This document shows, one piece after another, positions 22,119 through 32,131 of a DNA stretch of 64,000 bases. Source of the DNA: an uncultured Acidobacteriota bacterium (GTDB taxonomy: Bacteria > Acidobacteriota > Terriglobia > UBA7540); contig CAWDSK010000006.1 in the NCBI GenBank assembly GCA_963804995.1, positions 2,108,698-2,172,697 on the forward strand. The letters are read 5' to 3'. How positions within the stretch are numbered: the first letter of the stretch is position 1; each line of letters begins with the position of its first letter. The translations under genes were made by a program, and so were the position numbers. The notes below the pieces were generated by a model. The model did no database searches. It was given only the letters and a program-made list of their open reading frames with translations, and was not told where the DNA came from.

Positions 22119-22398
22119 GTCCTAAGTCAGATGCTCCCTGACAAAGTCTCACTGGGTTCAAAGGCGACCCCCTCACCCGCCTGCGGGCCGAAGCCGAGGT
22201 CGTTCACAGTTCCCAAGTGCCCCTTCGGTGGGCGTAGGCCCGTCCCGCCCCGGCTGATGAAAACGCCGGCGGCGGTCCACCCTCTCCCCCAAGGGGGCGA
22301 GGGCAGTAAATTCAAATGAACTCCCCCCTCGCCCCCTTGGGGGAGAGGGGCCGGGGGGAGGGCGTTCTCCAATAATCGGCGAACTTCTGACTCAGGAC
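22119..22398. repeat. MITE-like element with 13-bp TIRs enclosing REP hairpins
   Basis: gtcctaagtcaga / tctgactcaggac (12/13), internal ccctctccccc..ggggcgaggg arms. Confidence 0.7.
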
Positions 22399-22481
22399 TC
22401 TAGCCCGGCTTTCTTGATTGCAAGGGCGGGCTTTGGCCTTTGTGGAAAAATTCGCTGGCGGTGTCCTTGCTCAGCACCATG

Positions 22482-22637
22482 CCTTTTATCTTGTCAGCAC
22501 CACCCCGTCGCTCAGCGCGCCACCCCTCCTCATCTGAGGAGGGGAGTGTTTTTAGGAACTCCCCGCCTAATTTAGGAGGGGTGGCGGTCCGACCGCCGGG
22601 GTGGTTACAACTGCGCGCCGAGCGCCGGGGTGGTTAC
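22482..22637. repeat. REP-like palindromic element with duplicated end
   Basis: Copy of 15393-15517; ccggggtggttacaa repeated in tandem. Confidence 0.8.
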
Positions 22638-22690
22638 AATTGCGCGCCGACCATTCCAACAATACCGTTCAGCCGCGACCTATCCTGCTC

Positions 22691-23797
22691 TTACCGGAGC
22701 GGTATGCGCAAGGGCAATGAGCAACCCCAGTTGGCTGAGACGAACTGTCTGAACTCCTGGTCGGAGCGAATCTGTCGGCTGGAGATGGTGAGGAACAGCC
22801 CTTCCCGAGGCAATTTCCGCAACACTTCCGGGAGATGCTCCACACAATCGCCCACTTGCAAGATGAGGCGGGACCTTTCCAGAATCTCCCGGAACACGGG
22901 CAGCATATCGAGCAGAGTGGGCCCGCCCGTCTCCATCACGATTTGTAATCCGGCGAGGCCCGGGACATTCAGCACATCCTTGTAATGCTTGTAGCCGGTG
23001 GCATGCAGGTGAAAGAGGACGTAGGCGCCCAGGCGCCGGACCACCTCGGCGTTAAGCTCCATAAAGATGTCGCGGTACGTGGCCGGCGACGCCATGCCCA
23101 TGGTGTCTTCCTGAATGGCAATGGTTTTTCCCGGCGCCCAGTAACCGAAAATGTGGCTGTAGCCTCCCAGCTTGGGCTTCACCGTCGCGAAGTGCATTTC
23201 GAGCGCGTCGAGAAACATCTGGTTTACGCGTCGTGCCGCTGCCTTCACCGCCTGGGGATTGTCGTGCAGGTCCATCAGGAAATTCGTGATTCCCCGCATG
23301 GCGGCGAGGACGTCCGAGGGTCCGCGCAAAATCGAGGGGCTGATCCAGCAATCCTGTGGGGCGTGATTCACAAGCCAGGCAGTCTTGCGCTGCATGCAAT
23401 CAAACCAGCCATGGGGAGCGGGGATGGGAACGTTCGCCAACTCGTCGACAGATTCCACAAAGTGCGCGGGCGCGAGTGAGCCCTCGGAGTAACGTACGGG
23501 GCAGCCGGCACAAGCCTCGAGCCACGGGACGGCGCGCCAGGGAGCGGAGAACGCCAGCAGATCGTCACAGGAAACCTGGCGGTCCTTGAACCAATACTCG
23601 TACTCCGTCATCGCCAAGCCTTCCGTCAAATCCTGCGGAGACACGCTGGGGCTGGGGAAGGGACGCCGCAGGAAACCAATCGGCAGAAAGATGCGGTCGT
23701 CGTAGACTCCCACGGGCGGACGGGCAGACGATTTCCTGTCCCAAAAGGAATCCCGGAAACGCTGGATGGTTTCGGTCAACTGCGCCTGCCCTCTCAT
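22691..23797 (-). CDS. Uroporphyrinogen decarboxylase/cobalamin methyltransferase-like TIM-barrel protein
   Basis: RGPSDVLAAMRG, QEDTMGMASP, FHLH pattern typical of URO-D-like family. Confidence 0.7.
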   Translation of the reverse strand: MRGQAQLTETIQRFRDSFWDRKSSARPPVGVYDDRIFLPIGFLRRPFPSPSVSPQDLTEGLAMTEYEYWFKDRQVSCDDLLAFSAPWRAVPWLEACAGCPVRYSEGSLAPAHFVESVDELANVPIPAPHGWFDCMQRKTAWLVNHAPQDCWISPSILRGPSDVLAAMRGITNFLMDLHDNPQAVKAAARRVNQMFLDALEMHFATVKPKLGGYSHIFGYWAPGKTIAIQEDTMGMASPATYRDIFMELNAEVVRRLGAYVLFHLHATGYKHYKDVLNVPGLAGLQIVMETGGPTLLDMLPVFREILERSRLILQVGDCVEHLPEVLRKLPREGLFLTISSRQIRSDQEFRQFVSANWGCSLPLRIPLR

Positions 23798-23960
23798 GCT
23801 GAATCACCTTGGCATTTCATGAACATCTTAAAAAGAGAGTTTTGAAACATGCGCAACCCGCGGCGCACCGCCGGGCTTTGCCAGGACGCCAGGAATTGCA
23901 CTCGTAAGGGTAACCGTCGGCTGAGCGAAGTCAATCCCCCCAGGCAGTGCATGACCGCAG

Positions 23961-24066
23961 CATTTCGTCATGTGGGACAAGTCCCACTTGTTGCTCTCCG
24001 CGGGGCATAGCGAGCGAGGTCCCACCAAATTCCCAGTCTTCATGCGTTTTTCACTAGACCTTTTCA
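23961..24066 (-). repeat. ~105-bp dispersed element, copy 1
   Basis: Reverse complement aligns with 57787-57893. Confidence 0.85.
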
Positions 24067-24216
24067 GCCCCCTGATTTTTCATTTTCGGCTCCACGGCGC
24101 AAAGCTACACTTCCCGGCGCCGCCGGAGTTCGAATTTGTTATTCGCACTCCTAGTAGCTAGAATAGTTCGCGTCATATTCCGTAGTTGCCGCGTGTGGCT
24201 TTAAAGTTTACCTCCT

Positions 24217-24924
24217 ATGAATCCTGACCTGATTGCAGTAGGCGCGCTTTGGTACATCGTCTTCCTTTTCTCCCTGACCTGCCACGAAGCTTCGCACGCG
24301 TTGGCTGCGCAGTGGGGTGGTGATCCCACGGCCGCGCTGGGCGGGCAAGTGACGCTCAATCCGCTGCCACACATCCGCCGCGAAATCTTCGGCACGGTTA
24401 TCGTTCCCATACTCTCCTTCATCATGGGTGGATGGATGATTGGATGGGGCAGCGCGCCTTATGACCCGCGCTGGCGAAATCGTCACCCCCACCGCGCGGC
24501 GTGGATGGCGCTCGCGGGACCAGCGGCGAACGCCGTCCTCATGCTGGTAGCGGCGCTGGGGATTCGCATTGGACTTCTCACTGGCGTGCTGGTGCCGCCG
24601 GAATCGGTACGCTTTACGCGAGTGGCGGCCGCAGCGGGGCACGGCAGGTTTCTCGAAGGAGTCGCGATTCTTCTCAGCATCATGTTCTCGCTCAATCTCC
24701 TGCTCGCGCTATTCAACTTGCTGCCCATTCCTCCACTCAACGGCAACGGCGCCATCTGTCTGTTGTTCACGGAGGACTTCGCTCGCCGCTTCATGGCCGC
24801 CACCAACAATCCCTCCCTGGGCATCATCGGCCTGCTGGTCTGCTGGAAAGTCTTTGGATATCTTTACGACCCGCTGTTTTCAGTTGCCCTGAACGTCTTG
24901 TATCCCGGGGCAGGATATCGGTAG
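24217..24924 (+). CDS. Site-2 protease family (M50) membrane protein
   Basis: HEASH, LAGP, FNLLPIPPLNG. Confidence 0.88.
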   Translation: MNPDLIAVGALWYIVFLFSLTCHEASHALAAQWGGDPTAALGGQVTLNPLPHIRREIFGTVIVPILSFIMGGWMIGWGSAPYDPRWRNRHPHRAAWMALAGPAANAVLMLVAALGIRIGLLTGVLVPPESVRFTRVAAAAGHGRFLEGVAILLSIMFSLNLLLALFNLLPIPPLNGNGAICLLFTEDFARRFMAATNNPSLGIIGLLVCWKVFGYLYDPLFSVALNVLYPGAGYR

Positions 24925-24939
24925 CAGCGCCCCGACCGG

Positions 24940-25032
24940 TCGTGGCACGGCCGACCTGCCCCGATCCATCGGGGTCTTGGCCGTGCGCACGGGCAGGACC
25001 CCGACCCGTCGGGGCAAGTCGCCCGTGCCACG
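24940..25032. repeat. REP-like palindrome between convergent genes
   Basis: cgtggcacgg..cctgccccga / tcggggcaag..ccgtgccacg. Confidence 0.7.
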
Positions 25033-25046
25033 ATTAGAAGTCCAAG

Positions 25047-27095
25047 TCACGGATGCGGGCGAAGTTCTTCCAGGCTGGGCAAAGTATCACCCTTCTTGAA
25101 AGTTCTAAACAGGCTCTCCAAGCGCATCTGAAAACGGGTCCAGTATTCGTACTCCATTTGCCACCGGCCGAGTTCGACGCCCAGTCGGTAATTCGTATAC
25201 TCGTCTTGCCAGGCGGAATGGTATTTCTCCCGCGTCGTGGTGATCGCATCCAGCAAATCGGCGATACGCCCGTGATCCACCACGCTGGTTTGCCGCAACA
25301 GGAAGCTGATATCGGGGCGGGTGGGATTCTTGCCGGCGGTGCGGAAAAAGCCGGACATCTCCCCGGCGTATTGATACTTCATGCCCGCGTAATCCAACAT
25401 GCGCGCGGCCACCAGCAGGCTGGGAAGCGAATAGGTATCCTGGGTAGAGGCAAGGGCCCGCTGCAAGCGCTCCTGGGCATCCTCAGCCAGCAAGCGCTCC
25501 TGGTGCAGACCATCCAGATTGGCCTCGGCGCGCTGGAGTCGAGTGGGATCAAAGGGATCTTCCCACAATCGATAGATCGTTCCTCCTCCCAGAATTTTTG
25601 TGAGCGACCCTTGCGCCGCGCTCAGCTTGTCGAGTGCAGCGGCAACGTCAGCGGCCACACTGGCCGGATACATCTGGGCAGCGTAGTCAGAAAGGAATTG
25701 GCTGCGGTTGACGGGCGCCGTTTGCCACCCCGCCACCGCTCCGTAGGCCATGCCGGGCAGGGCTGTCCGGTAGAGCACCTGGCCCGCGTCGGTCCAACCG
25801 GTGTTCATGATTCCCAGCGCGCCGAACTTGCGGCCGTCCGCGACGAAGCCATCAATGTTGGCGAAGGTGATGGAGTAGTCCGGAGCAATTTCATTCCAGC
25901 ACCAGACGGCAGGCGCCACGACCTGCGGAACGTGCTCGCGTGCGAATGGCGCAACGAAGTCGGAGTAATCCGGCAGGGGGTCATAGTGCCAGGGCACCGC
26001 GATCACACTCTTGGGCAACTGCGAAAACAGGGCGGGATATTTCACGAAGATCTGCGCACCGCTTTTGACATCCGCCCAGAACATGGGGCGCTTGCCCGCC
26101 TTCTGGACCAACTCAAAGGTCTGCTTCATCCGTTCGATGTACAGACTCGAAGGGTCGACCCCGCCAAGGATGTTCCCGGCGCGTTCCAATTCCCAGGGCT
26201 CATCGAACCCGATATGAAACCACGGGCTGGGGAACAAGGCCGCGAGTTGCTGAATCCAATCTGCCACCAGCGCCTGCGTGCGCTCATTGCGGGGATTGAT
26301 TTCACCACCGTGGGGAATGAGGGCAAGGTCGGCGTAACGTTCCACCCGAAAGAGGTCGTGCAAATGGCCGTAGAGCTCGGCGCAGGGAACTACGTCAACA
26401 TGCCGTGCGCGCGCGTAGTCAATGATTCGCCGGACCTGTTCCTCGGTGTACCGTCCGTCGGGGTTGAGCAATTCATAGCCGCGCAGCGCAATGCTCGCTT
26501 CGGAGTAGAAATAGTATTGGTTGGCTTTCCAGCGCGCGAGAAAGTCGATCTGGCGCTTGATCTCGGCTTCCGTCGGCAGCGGCCCATGGCTCATGTCCAT
26601 CATGAAGCCCCGATACGCGAGTGCCGGCCAGTCGTGGATTGACACTTCCGGCAGGTAGGCGTCTCCACCAGTCGCCTCCGCCAACTGGCGCATCGTCTGA
26701 ACCCCGTAAAAGAGACCCGCCGAGGATCGCGCCCGAATCTCAGCGCCCCGCGGGTCAATTCGGATTTCGTAAGCTTCGCGGGAATCGGGGCCGGCATGGT
26801 CATCCGGACCAGGAAGGGCCTCGACGGCGCCGGTGCGAACCAGTGTGACGGCACGATTGCCCGTCGCAACTGGAATCGTTGTCCCCGCCAAGCCCGACAA
26901 GGCGGACGACAACTCTTGCGCAGCGAATTGGTCCTCGGGGCTGGGGTTGGTTCCGACGCTGACGGACAACCCGCGCAGCGGAAGCTGTCCTGATCCGTAT
27001 TGAATTTGCTGCGGCTGGGGCAGGAGGGGCCTGTGTTCGGCCGCGAGACCTATGGCATTACAGCCAATGAGCAATACCAGAAGAACGTGACGCAT
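25047..27095 (-). CDS. GH20 beta-N-acetylhexosaminidase-like, exported
   Basis: LLPQPQ, DWP..YRGFMMD, HIGFDE catalytic motif; signal peptide. Confidence 0.9.
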   Translation of the reverse strand: MRHVLLVLLIGCNAIGLAAEHRPLLPQPQQIQYGSGQLPLRGLSVSVGTNPSPEDQFAAQELSSALSGLAGTTIPVATGNRAVTLVRTGAVEALPGPDDHAGPDSREAYEIRIDPRGAEIRARSSAGLFYGVQTMRQLAEATGGDAYLPEVSIHDWPALAYRGFMMDMSHGPLPTEAEIKRQIDFLARWKANQYYFYSEASIALRGYELLNPDGRYTEEQVRRIIDYARARHVDVVPCAELYGHLHDLFRVERYADLALIPHGGEINPRNERTQALVADWIQQLAALFPSPWFHIGFDEPWELERAGNILGGVDPSSLYIERMKQTFELVQKAGKRPMFWADVKSGAQIFVKYPALFSQLPKSVIAVPWHYDPLPDYSDFVAPFAREHVPQVVAPAVWCWNEIAPDYSITFANIDGFVADGRKFGALGIMNTGWTDAGQVLYRTALPGMAYGAVAGWQTAPVNRSQFLSDYAAQMYPASVAADVAAALDKLSAAQGSLTKILGGGTIYRLWEDPFDPTRLQRAEANLDGLHQERLLAEDAQERLQRALASTQDTYSLPSLLVAARMLDYAGMKYQYAGEMSGFFRTAGKNPTRPDISFLLRQTSVVDHGRIADLLDAITTTREKYHSAWQDEYTNYRLGVELGRWQMEYEYWTRFQMRLESLFRTFKKGDTLPSLEELRPHP

Positions 27096-27337
27096 GGACT
27101 TTCTCCTCGCGATGAAATCTGTGGCCATCGAGGCCAGTCTTGGGAATAAGCACTCATCCAACAGGGGGCATAGTTTTTGTGGACGCGACAAGGCCGCGCG
27201 CACCTTGGAATCGTGCGTGATACTAACACGGCATAACTCGGATGGGCGGTGATTTTAGAGCGAGCTTGTCCAAATTACGCTCCTAGGGGCGGGAAGCGAT
27301 CTGCGGCTCCGCCGCATGCTGCCCTGAAAATGCGCGC

Positions 27338-27452
27338 AGCGCCTTGGACTGCGGTAGCAGCAGCTACCGCCTTCCGCCTTCGGTCCAGACGGCAAATGTG
27401 CAAGGCGAGGGGGATGCAAGGCGGTAGCTGCTGCTACCGCAGTCCAAGGCGC
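27338..27452. repeat. REP doublet (TTGGA(C/G)TGCGG family)
   Basis: gcgccttggactgcggtagcagcagctaccgcctt ... aaggcggtagctgctgctaccgcagtccaaggcgc. Confidence 0.85.
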
Positions 27453-27512
27453 CATCGGCACAACTATTTCCATGAGAAGGCGGCGGGGCGGGGAGCCGGC
27501 AAGATTGAGGCG

Positions 27513-28705
27513 TTACGCGTGTCGCCTGCGCCGCCATTCGTCGAGAAACACTTCCAGGTTCCGCCACGTTTGCGGGGCGTCCACGGTAATGTTATCGACT
27601 GGCGAGAGGATGAAACCTGCTGGCCCCAGGGTCTCGATGGCTTCCCGAACGGCGACGCGGATTTCCTCCTCATTGCCCATTTCCACCGTCACCGCTCCTG
27701 AGACGCCGCCCCACAAGCAGATGCGCTCGGCGGTTTGCTTTTTGAAGGCCGCGAGGTTGGTATACGTGCCCTGAACAGGATCGACACCGATCAGAACATC
27801 GATTCCCGCTTCCAGGTAGTCGTCGAGCAGAGGCAGAATGCCGTCTCGAGCAGATGTAACCGAACCGCGCGCCGTGCTCATGCGCCAGGGCCGCGTCGCT
27901 TTTGAGGTGCGGCAAAATCACCTGACGATAGAATTTGGGCGTCACGAAATCGCAGCCTTCATACCAAGCCCGGTAGATATACAAGTCCACCTTTCCCGAC
28001 AGCACCACGGCCATGCGTTGCTGGTTCCACAAATGGATCATTTCGAGGAGCTCGACAACAAAGGCGGGCCGGTCGTGGGCGAGCAGCATCAAATTCTCAA
28101 ACCCGCAAAGCCAGTTCGCCATATCCCAACCCACGCCCCAACCGCCTGCCAGCAGCACTCCCTGGTCGCGCGCGAAGGCCTGGGCACGCGCGGCTTCGAG
28201 CTCGAACTGCCGGAACGTCTTCGGCATGGGGCGGAGTCAGGAAGTATTGCAGGGCTTCGAGCTCCGCCGAGTCTCCGGTAAGCAGCGGCTTCGTGGCGCG
28301 CGGCACCTGGTAATCGTCTACGAAGGGAATGTGATTGCCATGCGGCCAGTCGTCAGAGAGACGCACACTGGTTTGCAGCTTGCCCGCGGGAGTCGAGTAT
28401 TCCTTGTTCAAAACGGAGGTCTGGCCGGGCGCATCCTCCCGCCATTCTCGCAAGCTCACCGCGGGATGAAACCGCACCGGCAGACCTCGTAATTCAGGGT
28501 GATCGGGCCGCTGGGGGCGTGGCAGGGTGGGAATAAAGAGGAACGAATCCAGTCCCATGGCCCGCTCCGCCTTGACCAGCTCATAAAAATCCTCCCGGCA
28601 GCGGCGGCGCAACGCTGTGAAGCTCATGAACGAACACGGAATGTAATCCGCTTGCTGACATTTGAGGGTCAGCAACATTCGTTCGCGTAACGTGAGTTCC
28701 TGCAT
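27513..28705 (-). CDS. Uroporphyrinogen decarboxylase-family protein with two frameshifts (~28220, ~27850)
   Basis: MQELTLRERML N-terminus, GFENLM, CLWGGVS, GFILSP C-terminus in three frames. Confidence 0.8.
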
Positions 28706-28710
28706 ATCTT

Positions 28711-28810
28711 CTCTCTGACCTCTGTGGTGAAAAACTTTTGGGGTTGCAGCATACTCTTCATTCCGAAATAAAAGAAGATTCACCACAGAGGAAACCGAAG
28801 TCACAGAGAA
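28711..28810. repeat. CACCACAGAG-type short inverted repeat
   Basis: ctctgtggtgaa ... ttcaccacagag. Confidence 0.55.
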
Positions 28811-28906
28811 AAGTACCTCTGCAGAGCGCTTGCCCCGTGGCCGTTCGGGTGTATATTAGCCCCGCCCGAAGTCCGAGGTCGAATTTATGAATGAGGTAAA
28901 ACTCAA

Positions 28907-29473
28907 ATGGCCAAGCTATCAGTGCGGTACACGGATTACTTTGCGCAGACAATCCAGCGCATGCGTGAGGACGGATTACTGTTAGTCACGCTGGGCGCGG
29001 ACGGAAAACCCAATGTCATGACCATAGGCTGGGGAACCATTGGCTCGATATGGTCACGGCCCATCTTCATCGTGCTCGTCCGGCCCTCGCGACACACCTA
29101 TAGCCGGCTGGAACAGGTCAACGATTTCACCGTCAACGTGCCTCCCCGGGAACTGGCAGCGGCAGTGAGTCACTGCGGCACCGTATCGGGAAGAGAGCAC
29201 GACAAGTTTCAAGAGATGCGCTTGACTGCTGTTCCCAGCCGAGAGGTGCGATCCCCTATCATTCAGGAATGTCTTGTGCACTATGAATGCCGGACGGTGC
29301 ACCGCAATGACATCGTGCCGGAGGCCTTGGCGCAAGCGGTGCGCGATGAATCCTACCCCCACGGGGATTTCCACCGCGTCTATTTTGGTGAGATTGTCGC
29401 CGCCTACGCCGAGGAGGATGCCGCCCAGCGCCTGCGCGTCCAGCCTATAGGGATTGGCAAGGTTCTTCCCTAA
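28907..29473 (+). CDS. Flavin reductase (flavoredoxin-like) family protein
   Basis: NVMTIGWG, RPSRHTY, CGTVSGR..DK, HRVYFGEI. Confidence 0.88.
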   Translation: MAKLSVRYTDYFAQTIQRMREDGLLLVTLGADGKPNVMTIGWGTIGSIWSRPIFIVLVRPSRHTYSRLEQVNDFTVNVPPRELAAAVSHCGTVSGREHDKFQEMRLTAVPSREVRSPIIQECLVHYECRTVHRNDIVPEALAQAVRDESYPHGDFHRVYFGEIVAAYAEEDAAQRLRVQPIGIGKVLP

Positions 29474-29666
29474 GACGGACGAATCATTCCGATAATAAAA
29501 TCGGAAGCAGGGACAGGGAGCAGGGAATAGGGAACAGAATGACGGGCATGATCAGAGACGTGAATCGCAGAGCTGGGCTCGCTCTGCCAGCCAGCCCACT
29601 TATTTGGGCGGCTTTTTCTGGCGGACTTTGCCAGCGAGTTCCCGTGTCGGATAGAATGGACAAGTC

Positions 29667-31851
29667 ATGCCGAGACCGCACCCGCGACGATCCGAGCAAA
29701 ATGGCCCCGCGCAGGACATAGCTGCGAAACCATCGGGCTCCGTGGACCCGCCACGCACCTCGAAGTCCTCACCCTTCGACAATCCAGAGCTCTACATCAA
29801 CCGTGAGCTGAGCCTGCTCGAATTTCAGCGCCGCGTGTTGGAGGAGGCAGAGGACCCGGGCAATCCTCTTCTCGAAAGGATCAAGTTCCTGGCCATTCTC
29901 AGCTCCAATCTGGATGAGTTCTTCATGGTGCGCGTGGCGGGCCTGCTGAAGCAGGTGGCGATGGGCTCGCAGGAAGTTGGAATCGACGGCCGCTCGGCAA
30001 GCGCGCAGCTTCAACTCATTCGCCGGGAGGTTGCAGAGATTGCGAAGGAAGCTCACCGATTATGGCGTGAGGATTTGCGGCCCGCGCTGGCGTGCGCCGG
30101 AATTCGCATTGTGGAATTCGCCGATCTGTCCGCGGAGCAACAGGCCGCAGCAAACGCTTATTTCCTGCACAACGTTTTCCCGGTTCTGACGCCGCTGGCC
30201 TTCGATGAAAGCCGCCCGTTCCCGCACATCTCCAACCGCAGCGTGAATCTGGCGGTGGTGGTGCGGGACCAGGAAGGTGAAAACCAATTTGCGCGGGTCA
30301 AGGTTCCCGACACGCTGCCCCAACTGGTCCGGGTCAAGGCATCGGTACCCGCTGAGTCCTCGGGGCCGGAGGACTCCTCTGAATTGGTGTTCGTATGGTT
30401 AGAGCAGGTCATCGCGGCCAACCTGCACCTGTTGTTTCCGGGCCTGACGATTGTGGACGCACACCCCTTCCGCGTGACCCGGGATGCCGACGTGGCCATC
30501 CAGGAGCTCGAAAGTGACGACCTGCTCGAAACTATCGAAGAAGCCATGCGCCAGCGCAGGTTCCTGGCGGCGGTGCGCGTGCAAGTGAGCACCAGCATGC
30601 CGCAGAAGATCGTCGACATTCTGACGAACAACATTGAAATCGATCCGCAACAGATCAGCCAAATCGAGAATCCGATCGGGTTCAGCCGCTTGTTCGAGCT
30701 GTACGCGCTCGAACCGTCCGGACTTGAAAGACAAGCCCTTCGTACCCTTCACCCCTCCCATCTTCGGGCTCGAGTGCCAGGAGGACTTCTTCACTATCCT
30801 TCGCCGTGAGGACATCCTGCTGCATCATCCCTACGATTCGTTTCAGCCCGTGGTCGAGTTTTTGCACCAAGCCGCGCGCGATCCGCAGGTGCTGGCCATC
30901 AAGATGACCCTCTATCGCGTGGGCCGGAATTCACCCATCGTGGCGGCGCTGCTCGAGGCCAGCGAGAATGGCAAGCAGGTGGCGGCGCTGGTGGAGCTGA
31001 AGGCGCGGTTCGATGAGGAGAGCAATATCGAGTGGGCGCGAACCCTGGAAGATGCGGGCGTGCATGTCGTCTACGGGCTGGTGGGCCTGAAGGTGCACTC
31101 CAAAATCGCGTTGGTCGTCCGGCAGGAGGGCGACGCGATTCGCCGTTATCTGCACCTGGGCACTGGAAATTATAACCCCTCGACTGCACGGCTTTACACG
31201 GACCTGGGCCTGCTGACTAGCGACGAGGAGCTGGCCGAGGACGCCACGTACTTTTTCAACGCCCTCACCGGCTATTCGGCTAATCATGTTCCCCGCCGGC
31301 TGCTGGCGGCTCCCGTCAATCTAACTGAACGGCTGGAGGAGCTCATCCTGCGCGAAATCAAGCTTCAGGAGAACGGCGAGCAGGGACACCTGATCTTCAA
31401 GATGAATGCGCTCGAGGACGCGAAAATGATCCGGCTGCTTTACCAGGCGTCGCAGGCGGGAGTGAAGGTCGATCTGCTGGTGCGCGGATTCTGCTGCCTG
31501 CGGCCGGGCCTTCCGGGAGTGAGCGAAAATATCCGCGTCACCAGCATCGTGGGGCGGTTCCTCGAACATAGCCGTATTTACTACTTTAGAAACGGCGGGG
31601 CTGAGGAGGTCTACGTGGGCAGCGCCGATTTGATGCGCCGCAGCCTGCGCCACCGGGTGGAAATCATCTTTCCGGTCCGAAGCCCCAAGCTGGTCGGCCG
31701 CCTCAAGGAAATGCTCTCCATCTATATGGCGGATGAGGCCAAGGCGCGCCACCTCGCAAGCGATGGGACCTACACACGCAATCCCAAAAAGCAGGAGCCC
31801 GGCGCCCTGAGCAGCCAAGCCTGGTTCCTGACCCATCCGGTAATGGAGTAG
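29667..31851 (+). CDS. ppk1: Polyphosphate kinase 1, frameshifted near 30710
   Basis: [44 protein letters not shown]; extra G in ctcgaaccgt. Confidence 0.92.
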
Positions 31852-31875
31852 CTGCGATGCCGCTTACTTAATCTA

Positions 31876-32107
31876 GTGTGGTGTCCCGGTTAATATTTGA
31901 CAAGGCTGTCCGACCCCCTCACCCCCCAGCCCCTCTCCCCCAAAGGGGCGAGGGGAGAGTTAATTCTCCTGCCCTCGCCCCTTTGGGGGAGAGGGTGGCT
32001 GGCCGAGGCGTTCTCATCAGCCGAGGCCAGAAGGGGGCCCCACGTTCTGCTTGTCGTGGGGGTGAGGGGGTTCTACCCATTGTCAACTCTAGCACGCGAC
32101 ACCACAC
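31876..32107. repeat. MITE-like element with 10-bp TIRs enclosing REP hairpins
   Basis: gtgtggtgtc / gacaccacac; internal ccctctccccc..ggggcgaggg arms. Confidence 0.72.
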
Positions 32108-32131
32108 CACGAGGGAGGAGTGATCCCCCGG

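Noticed and set aside
29505..29540. Degenerate heptamer run cagggac/cagggag/cagggaa/tagggaa
   Set aside because: Too short and degenerate to assign a function
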